Position numbers and translations under genes: made by a program. A DNA stretch of 64,000 nt from an uncultured delta proteobacterium. GTDB taxonomy: Bacteria; Myxococcota_A; Polyangia; Polyangiales; Polyangiaceae. A model generated the notes under the pieces. It worked only from the letters and a program-made list of their open reading frames with translations. It searched no databases and was not told where the DNA came from. Location of the stretch: positions 288,001-352,000 of the forward strand of contig CAVQUB010000009.1 of assembly GCA_963716725.1 (NCBI GenBank). The letters run 5' to 3'. Each line of letters starts with the position of its first letter. Positions within the stretch are counted from its first letter, which is position 1. Shown here piece by piece: positions 1 through 9,330 of the stretch.

Positions 1-767
1 TTGGCCTCGGCCTCGCTGGCGCGCGCCAGAGCGAAGCCGTCGGGGCCCAGAGCGATGGCATCGACCAGCTCGCGCGCGCTCTCTCGTTCGTGGAGGCGGC
101 GACCGGCGCAGAGCTCCCAGAGCACCACGGCAGCGGCGTACACGTCGGCGCGACCGTCGATGTCGCGCAGCTCGAGCTGCTCGGGCGCCATGTACGCGAT
201 CTTGCCCTTCAGTTCACCGATTCGGGTGGTCTGGGCGCGCCGAGCCGCCTTGGCCACACCGAGGTCGAGGAGGCGCACGACGCCGTCTTCGCCCACGATC
301 ACGTTTTGCGGAGAGACGTCTCGGTGCACGATGTGCAATGATTTTCCGCGATCGTCCCGGGCCTCGTGGATCGCGTGCAGACCCTCGAGCATGTCGATGC
401 CGACGGCCACCACCACCGCCAGGGGGATCAGCGTCTGGGTCTGTCGCGCCTTGGAAATGAGCCACGACAGCGGGACGCCGGCGACATACTCGAGGACCAG
501 CAGCAGATCGCTGCCCTCGGCGACGACGTCGAGCAGCGGGACCACGTTCGAGTGGCGCACGCGCGCCGTGAGCCGGGCCTCGTCGAGTAGCATGGCAACC
601 AGCTCCGGATCGCGGGCGTACTCCCGGCGCAGGCGCTTGACCGCGACGATGCACGAGTGACCCAGGGGCCCGCACTGGCGGGCCAGGTGAACGGTCGCCA
701 TGCCGCCCGAGCCGATGGCGTCGCCCAGCACGTAGCGTCCGCCGGCGAAGGGGGGGTCCGAGATCAC
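1..767 (-). CDS. Hanks-type Ser/Thr protein kinase (5' part; runs off window start)
   Basis: Manual translation from GTG at 767 (GTGA overlap with upstream stop): RYVLGDAIGSGGMATVHLA...VAVK...HRDVSPQN...DLG. Missing from the ORF track because it is truncated. Confidence 0.9.
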   Translation of the reverse strand, partial: MISDPPFAGGRYVLGDAIGSGGMATVHLARQCGPLGHSCIVAVKRLRREYARDPELVAMLLDEARLTARVRHSNVVPLLDVVAEGSDLLLVLEYVAGVPLSWLISKARQTQTLIPLAVVVAVGIDMLEGLHAIHEARDDRGKSLHIVHRDVSPQNVIVGEDGVVRLLDLGVAKAARRAQTTRIGELKGKIAYMAPEQLELRDIDGRADVYAAAVVLWELCAGRRLHERESARELVDAIALGPDGFALARASEAEA

Positions 768-2080
768 TTGCGCCCCTTCCGAGGTCGGGGCAGGCCGTAG
801 GTCTCGATCCGATCGATCAAGGTCCGCCGCGGGATGCCGAGGACGCTCGCCGTGCGAGTCTGGTTGCCGGCGCAACGTTCGAGCGCGTCCAAGATGCGCT
901 TCTTCTCCAGATCATCGAGCTCAGTCTTGAGGTTCGGAGCGCCCGCGCGAGTCGTGCGGCTCGGAGTCGCGAGCACCGTTCGGGGAAGGTGAGCGGTTTC
1001 GAGCCGGGAGCCGGGGCACAGGAGCACCGCGCACTCGATGGTGTGGCGGAGCTCGCGGACGTTGCCCGGCCAGGCGTAGCTCTGCAGGGCCAGCAGGAAC
1101 GCCGAGCAAAGCTCCGGGGCGGGCCGCCGGAGCTGTTCGGCGACCTCGTCTACGAAGGTGCGAGACAGCTCCTCGATTTCGTCACCCCGCTCCCGGAGCG
1201 AAGGCACCCTCACCACCACGCCGCACAAGCGATGAAAGAGATCCGCGCGAAAGTCTCCGGCGCCGACCATCGCCTCGAGATTGCGATTCGTCGCTGCCAC
1301 GAAGCGGACGTCGAAGGTGCGCGGACGGAGCGATCCGATCCGGAAGATCTCCTTGCACTCGAGGGCGCGAAGCAGCTTGGCCTGGGTCGGCTTCGGCAGC
1401 TCGCCCACCTCGTCCAAGAACACTGTGCCGCCATGCGCCGCCTCGAGCAGCCCAGGCTTGGGGTTGTTGGCGCCGGTGAACGCGCCACGCTCATAGCCGA
1501 AGAGCTCGCTCTCGAGCAGCTGCTCCGGCAGCGCCGCACAGTTGATGCGCAGAAAGGGAGCGCCCGCCCGCGGAGACGCCGCGTGGAGTCGATCCGCCAT
1601 CACCTCTTTGCCGACGCCGGTCTCGCCCACGAGCGTGACGGGGATGTTGCCTTTCGCGACGCGGTCGATCAGCTCGCGCACCCCCGACATGCTCTCGGCC
1701 GCGACCTCGACGGGCTTGCTCTCGGCTTGCACACACTTGAGCAGGACCAGAGCGTCGCCGATCTCGATGACGGCGCCGCAGGGAATGGGCGTGCGCGTGT
1801 GCGCGGTGAGCGAGCGACCCGCGAGCCGCGTGCCATTCACGCTGCCCAGGTCTTCGATGGCCGGTTTGGGCCCGAAGCTCAAGCGCACATGGCTGCGCGA
1901 CACGGAAGGGTGCGGCACCCGAACGTCGGCGGTCGAGTCGCGGCCGATCACGATGGCGCCGTTCATCGAGAGCGGCGTCGCTAGATAGCCGCCGTCCCAA
2001 TACGCGATGACCTGCCCCGCATCTGCTTTGACGCTGACGCGGGCGCGACGGGTGGTCTGGTCAATCCCCCGGGACATCAC
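764..2080 (-). CDS. FHA-domain sigma54-dependent transcriptional activator (FHA-AAA+-Fis HTH)
   Basis: FHA motifs IGR..., SRSH, DLGSVNGT; Walker A GETGVGKE; ESELFGYERGAFTGA; FLDEVGE; WPGNVREL; C-terminal GNQTRTASVLGIPRRTL HTH. Confidence 0.95.
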   Translation of the reverse strand: MMSRGIDQTTRRARVSVKADAGQVIAYWDGGYLATPLSMNGAIVIGRDSTADVRVPHPSVSRSHVRLSFGPKPAIEDLGSVNGTRLAGRSLTAHTRTPIPCGAVIEIGDALVLLKCVQAESKPVEVAAESMSGVRELIDRVAKGNIPVTLVGETGVGKEVMADRLHAASPRAGAPFLRINCAALPEQLLESELFGYERGAFTGANNPKPGLLEAAHGGTVFLDEVGELPKPTQAKLLRALECKEIFRIGSLRPRTFDVRFVAATNRNLEAMVGAGDFRADLFHRLCGVVVRVPSLRERGDEIEELSRTFVDEVAEQLRRPAPELCSAFLLALQSYAWPGNVRELRHTIECAVLLCPGSRLETAHLPRTVLATPSRTTRAGAPNLKTELDDLEKKRILDALERCAGNQTRTASVLGIPRRTLIDRIETYGLPRPRKGRK

Positions 2081-2092
2081 AGGTCCGGGATT

Positions 2093-2935
2093 CTACCGCA
2101 CGAGTACAGGCGGCGACTTGCGCGTTGTCATCAGCGTTTGCCGGTTGTGCGGCTTCTGCACAACCTGTCCGCCGGCTCGGTCCTCGGTGAGCAGCAAGTA
2201 GACGGCGCTGCCCAGCGCAATCGCGGAAAGACCGAGGAACGTACCGGCGGCAATCAGGCGAGGCTGAGTCGCTGCCGAGCCCCCCTCGGGCCCGCGGTGA
2301 GCCATCCACGCCATGTAGCCGCCGGCGGCCAGCCCCGTGAGCCCGCCGGCCAAGAGCGCGTGCGTGAGCGCGCGATCTGGGTGGGTCGCCCCCCGAGCCC
2401 GACCCCGCGCCCGACGCCGGGCCGTGGTCGCCTTGGCTCGCGCTTCCCCTGGAACCATCGTGGCGCTCAGGACCATCGCGAGGCTCCGGGGCGGATCGCC
2501 CCGGAGGACCGTCACCCTGGCGCGGCCCCGCCTGCCGCCTGCGGCTCGCACCACGATCTCGTGCTCGCCTGGGTCGAGCCGCATTTCTTGCGGAGAAACC
2601 CGGATGGCGGTCCGGATCCCGTCCAAGAAGATCTCCGCGTTCGTGACCTCGACGCCGGCGGCGTCGGTCACTTGCAGGCGCAACGCCGGCACCGACAGCT
2701 CCAGGTCGCGGAACCAGGCCGCGCACTCGGCTCGGATCGGCTCGGGGCAGGCCGGGGCGGCGCAGGTCAGCGCGGCCTCCCGCGCGAGCACCAGCTCCTC
2801 GACGCGGGTGTGGCGCTGCGTGCGCGCGTGCGCCTCGATGCAGACACGCTTGAGGGGCACCGGGTCGCCGCTCTGCGCTGACGCGATCATCGGAACGAAA
2901 GCCAGCGCGACTGCGACTGCGACTCTCGTAACCAT
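2093..2935 (-). CDS. Secreted/membrane PEGA-like protein
   Basis: ATG 2935, signal peptide (MVTRVAVAVALAFVPMIASA), Cys-containing helical region, LDPGEHEIVVRA PEGA-like motif, two C-terminal hydrophobic segments; the last ~25 aa look like run-on. Confidence 0.65.
   Translation of the reverse strand: MVTRVAVAVALAFVPMIASAQSGDPVPLKRVCIEAHARTQRHTRVEELVLAREAALTCAAPACPEPIRAECAAWFRDLELSVPALRLQVTDAAGVEVTNAEIFLDGIRTAIRVSPQEMRLDPGEHEIVVRAAGGRRGRARVTVLRGDPPRSLAMVLSATMVPGEARAKATTARRRARGRARGATHPDRALTHALLAGGLTGLAAGGYMAWMAHRGPEGGSAATQPRLIAAGTFLGLSAIALGSAVYLLLTEDRAGGQVVQKPHNRQTLMTTRKSPPVLVR
2143..2167. promoter_or_regulatory. Palindrome GGTTGTGC-N7-GCACAACC; candidate activator-binding site / left copy of a 21-bp inverted repeat
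   Basis: Perfect 8-7-8 palindrome ~65 bp upstream of the activator start; 2147-2167 matches the reverse complement of 3334-3354 at 20/21 nt. Confidence 0.6.
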
Positions 2936-3028
2936 TGCAGCGCTCTCTCTTCCACAATCGAAGCGTCGTTGGCAAGCGCGCGGAAACGACCTGCCGGAAC
3001 GGCAGCTCCGCGCTGCGACGAGATCTGA

Positions 3029-3044
3029 CGGCACGCGTCTTGCG
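3029..3044 (+). promoter_or_regulatory. Sigma54 (-24/-12) promoter
   Basis: CGGCACGCGTCTTGCG: GG(3030-31)-N10-GC(3042-43), nearly identical to TGGCACG-N4-TTGC; predicted +1 about 3055. Confidence 0.8.
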
Positions 3045-3056
3045 CTACACGTTCAC

Positions 3057-3323
3057 ATGCGTGAGTCCTTCGTTCGTTGTTTGCTGATCCTCCGCGAGAT
3101 CCCCGAAGCCCCCGGTCGCGTCGACACGCTCACGCTCGCAGCGTTCCTGGAGCAGCGAGGCTTCCAGGTGTCGCGCCGAACCCTGCAACGAGATCTCGAA
3201 AGCATGTCGCGGGTGCTGCCCTTGGTCTGCGACGACCGCAAGAAGCCCTACGGCTGGTCCTGGTGCCCCGGGGTCGACGTTTCGCTCCCCCGAGTGGTGC
3301 GGCGGGGGGCAAGAGCTGCGTGA
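3057..3323 (+). CDS. Stand-alone winged-HTH protein resembling the N-terminal DNA-binding domain of WYL regulators (88 aa)
   Basis: MRESFVRCLLILREIPEAPGRVDTLTLAAFLEQRGFQVSRRTLQRDLESMSRVLPLVCDDRKKPYGWSW; the R-T-x-x-R-D-L and KPYGWSW patterns match WYL-protein HTHs; no WYL domain follows. Confidence 0.75.
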   Translation: MRESFVRCLLILREIPEAPGRVDTLTLAAFLEQRGFQVSRRTLQRDLESMSRVLPLVCDDRKKPYGWSWCPGVDVSLPRVVRRGARAA

Positions 3324-3333
3324 GTTGTGCGAG

Positions 3334-3354
3334 CAGGTTGTGCAGAAGACGCAC
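3334..3354. promoter_or_regulatory. Right copy of 21-bp inverted repeat (CAGGTTGTGCAGAAGACGCAC)
   Basis: 20/21 identity to the reverse complement of 2147-2167; extra GTTGTGC half-site at 3324-3330. Confidence 0.6.
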
Positions 3355-3522
3355 TTCGGCCCGGCGGCGCCGGCGCCCTGCCCCGGGGCCGGCCGGCCCG
3401 ACCTGCCCGACCCGCCCGACCGGGGGCGGGCGCGGGTGAGCGCTGGATCGCGGCGATTTCCCGTCGCGCGGCGGCCCGGGCGCTAACTCGCCCCTCGCTT
3501 CGCAAGCGCGTAAGCTGCACGC

Positions 3523-5344
3523 ATGATCTGGGTGCGTCGGGTGATCGTGGGCGTCAGCGTGACCCTCGCTTCGGCGGTGGCGTGTTCGAGCGATCCGGAG
3601 GTCACCAAGCACGAGGGGACGGGCGGCAAGCCGGGTGATGCGGGCTTCGACTCCACGATCTGCAGCATCGGGCAGTTCGTGTGCGGCGGAGACGTCGCAA
3701 AGCCCTGCCTCGGCAGCGGTCAGTTCGGCGATCCCGTCGACTGCAAGGCCGACGGCAAGACCTGCGCTGCTCCCTACGGCTGCGTGACGTGCTTGCCCGC
3801 GCAGCAGAGCTGCGAAGGCGGCGTCGGCAAGTACTGCAAGAACGACGGCAGCGCCTGGGAGACCTTCGAGTGCGACGCCGCCCAAGGCATGAAGTGCGAG
3901 CCAAAGGGCTGCACCGGGAGTTGCACGCCGCCAAGTCTGTCCAACAGCTACCTGGGCTGCGACTACTTCCCCACGGTCACGCTCAACCCGGTGTGGAGCG
4001 GCTTCGATTTCGCAGTGGCCGTCGCCAACGCCGGCAGTGGGACCTCCAACGTCGTCGTGACCCGCGGCTCCACCGAGGTGAAGAAGACGACCGTCGGCGC
4101 GGGCAAGCTCGAGGTGATCACCCTGCCCTGGGTCAGCGAGCTCAAGGGCGGCGACGTCGATGCCTGTCAGCTGCCGCCCGATCCGGGCGCGACGCGCGTG
4201 GTCAAGGGCGGCGCCTACCGGCTCCGCAGCGATAGCCCCGTCACCGTGTACCAACTGTCACCGTTGAGATACGAGATCAAACCCGCGCCGAGCGCCTGCC
4301 CGGTGGGAGCCAAGTGTCCGGGCGGATTCGGCTGCGGATTGCCTGGCGTTCTCCAACGACGCCACGCTGCTCCTGCCGTCGACGACGTTGACTGGGAACT
4401 ACACGACGCTGGCCTGGCCCAGCGCACCGAACCGCGCGGGCTTCGTCGCCATCACGGCAACGCGAGACGGCACCGATGTGCAGCTCCTGGGCAAGGGCGA
4501 CTTCGCCGCCGGGGCCGGCATCGACGCCGCGGGCAATGGCAAGGTCAGCCTCAATCGCGGCGACGTGCTCGAGGTCATCGCCAAGCACGACGGGCCCTCG
4601 GGCCAGTACGGCGCGGACATCAGCGGCACGCGTCTCAAGGCAAACCAGCCGGTTCAGGTGATCGCGGGGCATTCGTGCGCCAACATTCCCACGGCGACCA
4701 CCGACGCCTGCGACCACATCGAGCACTCGATGTTGCCCATCGAGACGCTGGGTAAAGAGTACTATGTGACCTTTCCAGCGGCGCTGGCGAGCCAATCTCC
4801 CCACGTGGTTCGCATTGTCGCCATCGAGCCGAACACCAAGCTGAGCTTCGATCCGCCCAGCGTCTCAGCGGACAAGACCCTGTCGCCGAGCGACCCACCG
4901 CTCGAGCTCTCGGCGGTGACCAGCGACTTCAAGGTCAGCTCCGACAAGGCCTTCATGGTCGCCCAGTACATGCAGGGCCAGGGCTCGGTACCGAGTGGTT
5001 CGGGCGATCCCAGCTTGGCGCTCTCGGTCCCGGCCGCCCAGTACCGCAAATCGTACACCTTCATCGCCAGCGCGAGCTACGACACCAACTTCGTGAACGT
5101 GATCGCCAAGACTGGCTCAACGGTGACCCTCGACGGCACGGCGGTCCCCGCGGCGAGCTTCACTGCCATCGGGTCGAGCGGGTTTTCCGTGGCTCGGGTC
5201 GAGCTGCCGCTGGGCAGCGAGGTGCATGCCATCGAGTCCGGCTCGGTGTTCGGGGTGATGGTGTACGGCTACGGGCGCTACACCAGCTACATGTATGCCG
5301 GTGGCCTCGACCTGACTCCAATCACGATCCCGCCAGTGTTCTGA
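3523..5344 (+). CDS. IgGFc-binding-domain lipoprotein, frameshifted at ~4327
   Basis: Lipobox AVAC, Cys-rich N-terminus, SYLGCDYFP, then DCLAFSNDATLLLP, DHIEHSMLPIETLG, GDPSL, YGYGRYTSYMYAGG in the next frame; removing one T at 4327/4328 joins ORFs 3523-4755 and 4388-5344. Confidence 0.8.
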
Positions 5345-5467
5345 TCCGAGACACGTCGCGCCGAGCTGGTGCCGAAGACGAGTCGTTTGGGCCTGACGCC
5401 CCGAGTTCGGATATAGTTGGGCTAGTTGGGCCACGGTTCGCCGAGCGCGACCGCAAGGAGGCTTTCA

Positions 5468-7399
5468 ATGTCGAAGCAAGCAGAGAGTCTTCTCACCACC
5501 ACCAAGTTGAGTCGGGTAGTTCGCAGCACGCTGCTCAGCGGGTTGATGCTCGCCGGCGCGGCGGCCTTCGCCTGCGGTGGCTCGGGCGACGAGGGCACCG
5601 ACGGCACGGGCGGCAGCGGAGCCAAGGGCAGCGGCGGCAGCGCTGCTGACGGCGGCGGCCTCGGCGGCGCCGCGGGCTACGCGGGTGCGGCGGGCTACGC
5701 GGGCGCGGCGGCCTCGGGCGGCAACGGCGCGAGCACCGGCACGGGTGGCTCGGGAGCGAACGGCGGAACCGGCGCTGGCGGCTCCGGTTGCGTGCCCAAG
5801 ACCTGCGCCGACAAGAAGGCCACCTGCGGCACCATCGACGACGGCTGCAGTGGGACCGTCTCGTGTGGAACCTGTCCCGGCGGTCAGATCTGCTCGAGCT
5901 CCACTCAGACCTGCGCTCCACCCTCCAACGAGTGCAAGGCCATCGGCGCCGAATGCGGTGTGATCAACGACGCGTGCGGCGCCAGCGTCGACTGCGGCTC
6001 GTGCCCCGCGGGTCAGGTCTGCAACGGCGCCACGCGCAAGTGCGGCCCCTGCGTGCCCGCCAAGTGCGAGGGCGACAAGTGCGGCACCTTGCCCGACGGC
6101 TGCGGTGGCAACATCACCTGCACGGCCTGCGGCAGCGGCCAGGTCTGCGACGCGGTCAGCAGCAAGTGCATCAACTGTGCAAAGACGACCTGTCAGGCCG
6201 AAAAGGTCGAGTGCGGGACGATCAGCGACAAATGCGGGGCGGCGCTCAACTGCGGCGCCTGCCAGGCAGGGTTCACGTGCAACGGCGGCCAGTGCTTGCC
6301 GACGCCTCCGCCCACCGAGTGCAAGAACCAGGGCAAGAACTGCGGAACCATCACCAACAGCTGCACCGGTCAGCAGGTCGCCTGCGGCAACTGTCTGCCC
6401 GGCGAGATTTGCTCGAACAACCTCTGCGTGGCCTGCATTCCAAAGTCGTGCGCCGAGCTCAAGAAGACCTGCGGCCCAGCTGACGATGGTTGTGGCGGGC
6501 AGCTTCAGTGCGGCGACTGCACCACCAACCAGAAGTGCTACGGCGGCAACTGCTGCTCGCCGACGTCCTGCGCAGCGCAGGGCAAGAACTGCGGCAAGAT
6601 CTCCGACGGCTGCGGCGGCCAACTCGACTGCGGGACCTGCATCAACAACGAGAAGTGCGGCGGCGGAGGCACGGCCAACGTGTGCTCGCCCTGCGTGCCG
6701 CAGAGCTGCGCCGCGCAAGGCAAGAACTGTGGGGATCACAGCGACGGCTGCGGCGGCAAGGTGACCTGTGGCGACTGCACCACCAACGAGACCTGCACGA
6801 ACAACGGCAAGTGCTGCACGCCCACCAGCTGCGCCGCGCAAGGCAAGGACTGCGGCAAGATCTCCGACGGCTGCGGCGGGCAACTCGACTGCGGGACCTG
6901 CTCCAACGGCGAGCTGTGCGGGGGCTCCGGCACCGCCAACGTCTGCGCGCCCTGTGTGGCCAAGACCTGCTCGGCGCTGGGCAAGCAGTGCGGCACCACC
7001 AGCGACGGCTGCGGGGCGCAAATCGACTGTGGCCCCTGCCCCACCGGACAGGTCTGCGCCAACAACCAGTGCTGCTCGCCGACGACCTGCGCCGCCAAGG
7101 GCGCGCAGTGTGGCTCGACGAGCAACGGCTGCGGCGGTCAGCTGGACTGTGGTCCGTGTCCGAGCGGACAGGTCTGCCAAGGCAATCAGTGCTGCCAGCC
7201 CCAGACCTGCACGCAGATCGGCAAGCAGTGCGGAAGCTGGCCCAATGGTTGCGGCAGCCAAGTCACTTGCGGGCCCTGCCCCGGCGGACAGGTCTGCCTG
7301 ACCAACGGCACCTGTTGCGTTCCGCTGAGCTGCACCGGCAAGTGCGGCTACAGCGGATCGGATGGTTGTGGCGGCCAGGTCGTCTGCCCGCCCTGCTGA
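5468..7399 (+). CDS. Cys-rich repeat lipoprotein (about 13 C..CG..DGCG..CG.C units)
   Basis: AAGGAGG RBS before ATG 5468; lipobox AFAC; Gly-rich linker; tandem ~40-45 aa Cys repeats typical of myxobacteria. Confidence 0.85.
   Translation: MSKQAESLLTTTKLSRVVRSTLLSGLMLAGAAAFACGGSGDEGTDGTGGSGAKGSGGSAADGGGLGGAAGYAGAAGYAGAAASGGNGASTGTGGSGANGGTGAGGSGCVPKTCADKKATCGTIDDGCSGTVSCGTCPGGQICSSSTQTCAPPSNECKAIGAECGVINDACGASVDCGSCPAGQVCNGATRKCGPCVPAKCEGDKCGTLPDGCGGNITCTACGSGQVCDAVSSKCINCAKTTCQAEKVECGTISDKCGAALNCGACQAGFTCNGGQCLPTPPPTECKNQGKNCGTITNSCTGQQVACGNCLPGEICSNNLCVACIPKSCAELKKTCGPADDGCGGQLQCGDCTTNQKCYGGNCCSPTSCAAQGKNCGKISDGCGGQLDCGTCINNEKCGGGGTANVCSPCVPQSCAAQGKNCGDHSDGCGGKVTCGDCTTNETCTNNGKCCTPTSCAAQGKDCGKISDGCGGQLDCGTCSNGELCGGSGTANVCAPCVAKTCSALGKQCGTTSDGCGAQIDCGPCPTGQVCANNQCCSPTTCAAKGAQCGSTSNGCGGQLDCGPCPSGQVCQGNQCCQPQTCTQIGKQCGSWPNGCGSQVTCGPCPGGQVCLTNGTCCVPLSCTGKCGYSGSDGCGGQVVCPPC
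5788..7396 (+). repeat. Intragenic Cys-repeat array including a recent ~261-bp duplication
   Basis: Units starting at 6551 and 6812 are nearly identical (CC.PTSCAAQGK.CGKISDGCGGQLDCGTC.N.E.CGG.GTANVC.PC). Confidence 0.8.
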
Positions 7400-7412
7400 G
7401 ATACACCCCCCT

Positions 7413-9287
7413 ATGCGTTCAGCTTTCTTGATCACGACCCTGGTGTTCGGGTCGTTGTCGCTCGCCATCGCCTGCGGTGACGACGACGGCGGCTCGAGCA
7501 AGAAGAAGAGCGACGCCGGCACCGACGCGTCCACCGACTCGGAAGGCGGCATCGATGGCGGCCCTGATGCGAAGACTTACGCCTCGTGCTCGAGCGACGA
7601 CTGGTGCTGGGAGCTGCCGCGACCCCAAGGCAACACGCTCCGAGGCGTGTGGGCGACGAGCGACAAAGACATCTGGGCCGTCGGCGACCGCGGGACCGTC
7701 ATTCATTGGGACGGCAAAGGCTGGGAAGGCCTCGAGTCCGGCACCACCGAAGACCTGACGGCGATCTGGGGAGCCAGCGCCACCCGCGCTTGGGCCGTGG
7801 GCGCCCTGGGCACCATCGTGTCCTGGGACGGCAAGGCGTGGTCCAAGCTCGACCTCCCGATGGACGCCGAGGCAGGCGCCGACGCGGGCGTGACCACCAA
7901 CTTCCACGACGTGTACGGCGCCAGCGCCGACGACGTGTGGGTGGTCGGCGACGGCGGAGCGATTTGGCACTTCGACGGCCAAGCGTGGGCGACCGAGAGC
8001 AACCCCAACCCGCAGACCCTGCGAACGGTCTTCGCCGCGACGACAGGCAAGGCGTGGGCAGCCGGCGACGGCGGCGTCGTGCTCGAGTGGAGCGGCACGG
8101 ACTGGGCCGTGGCCACCACGGGTGGGCCAGGGTTCTTGGCGCTCGACGGGACCCCCGATGGCGCGGTGATCGTGGCGTCGGGCCAAGGCGGCTACTTCAT
8201 TTCGAACGCAAGCGGCGCCTGGAAAGGCGAGCAAATCCCGGGCGCGACCAACCTGCGCAGCGTATGGCTCGAAAGCAGCGAGCGCCCCTGGGTCTTCGGC
8301 GACGGCGGGCAGATCTTCCGCTTCGACGCGACCGCGAAGACCTGGAGCAAGATCGCCAGCAACACCACGCGCGCGTTTCTCAGCGCGGACGGGCCCGACA
8401 ACGACAGCGTCTTCGTCGCGGGCGAGAGCGGCATCATGATGCGCTGGGATGGCGACGCGCGCGCCTTGATTTCGAGCGGCTCGTCGGCGAATCGCCTCGC
8501 GCTCGCCGGCTCGGGCCCCAAAGACGTGTGGGTGGTCGGCGACGAGGTGCTGCACGATCAGGGCAGCGGCTGGCAGGTGGTGCAGCCGGGCACTCCCCGC
8601 GCGCTCTACGACGTCGCGGCGGTCGCGGCGGGAGACGCCTGGGCCGTCGGCACCGGGGGAACGGTGCTGCACTGGAAGGGAACTCCCGCGAGCTGGGAGC
8701 TCGTCGACGTAAAGTCCCTGGCTTGGCTGCGGGGCGTGGCAGTGACCTCGACCGGCGGTTGGATCGTCGGCGAAAAGGGCGCGCTCTTCGCGCTCATCAA
8801 CCAGACCAGCTGGATCGCGACCCCGAGCAATACCAGCGCCACCCTGAACGACGTGTGGATCGCCAGCGGATCTGACGCCTGGGCGGTCGGCGAAAATGGC
8901 ACGCTGATGCACTGGAACGGCACCGCCTGGGCCCCGTACCCGATCACGAATGAAGCGGGTCCCGTGCCGACCTTGCGCGCGGTCTGGGGCGCCGACGCAA
9001 AAGACGTGTGGGCCGTCGGCGTGAACGGCACGGTCGCCCGCTACGACGGCAGCTCATGGAGCGTGACCCGATCCGGCGAGGGCTACTCGCTCAACGACAT
9101 CTGGGGCAGCTCGGCCAGCGACGTGTACGCCGTGGGCTCCGACGGCAAAGTGCTGCACTTCGACGGCTCGGTCTGGACCGAACAGGACACAGCGGTGGGC
9201 GAAACCCTGAACGCGGTCTGGGGCCCAGACGCGAAGAACGTATTCATCGCCGGCGAAGGCGGCGCGCTCCTACGGCAGTCGAAGTAG
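7413..9287 (+). CDS. Beta-propeller lipoprotein (Trp-rich L..VWG....DVWAVG..G.VLHWDG..W repeats)
   Basis: Lipobox AIAC; about 14 repeats of ~40 aa. Confidence 0.85.
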   Translation: MRSAFLITTLVFGSLSLAIACGDDDGGSSKKKSDAGTDASTDSEGGIDGGPDAKTYASCSSDDWCWELPRPQGNTLRGVWATSDKDIWAVGDRGTVIHWDGKGWEGLESGTTEDLTAIWGASATRAWAVGALGTIVSWDGKAWSKLDLPMDAEAGADAGVTTNFHDVYGASADDVWVVGDGGAIWHFDGQAWATESNPNPQTLRTVFAATTGKAWAAGDGGVVLEWSGTDWAVATTGGPGFLALDGTPDGAVIVASGQGGYFISNASGAWKGEQIPGATNLRSVWLESSERPWVFGDGGQIFRFDATAKTWSKIASNTTRAFLSADGPDNDSVFVAGESGIMMRWDGDARALISSGSSANRLALAGSGPKDVWVVGDEVLHDQGSGWQVVQPGTPRALYDVAAVAAGDAWAVGTGGTVLHWKGTPASWELVDVKSLAWLRGVAVTSTGGWIVGEKGALFALINQTSWIATPSNTSATLNDVWIASGSDAWAVGENGTLMHWNGTAWAPYPITNEAGPVPTLRAVWGADAKDVWAVGVNGTVARYDGSSWSVTRSGEGYSLNDIWGSSASDVYAVGSDGKVLHFDGSVWTEQDTAVGETLNAVWGPDAKNVFIAGEGGALLRQSK

Positions 9288-9330
9288 CTCCGCGCTGCGC
9301 TCCCGCTGCGCGCGGACGTCACCGCTGCCC

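Noticed and set aside
2982..2996. Second, divergent sigma54 promoter on the minus strand
   Set aside because: CGGCAGGTCGTTTCC lacks the conserved -12 GC.
2147..3354. IS element or transposon
   Set aside because: No transposase inside and no target-site duplication seen.
5465..7552. Long antisense and alternate-frame ORFs (also 24075-26234, 51419-53098, 19524-21101 and many others)
   Set aside because: Shadow ORFs expected at ~70% GC; Arg/Ala/Gly-rich, without motifs, and overlapping well-supported genes.
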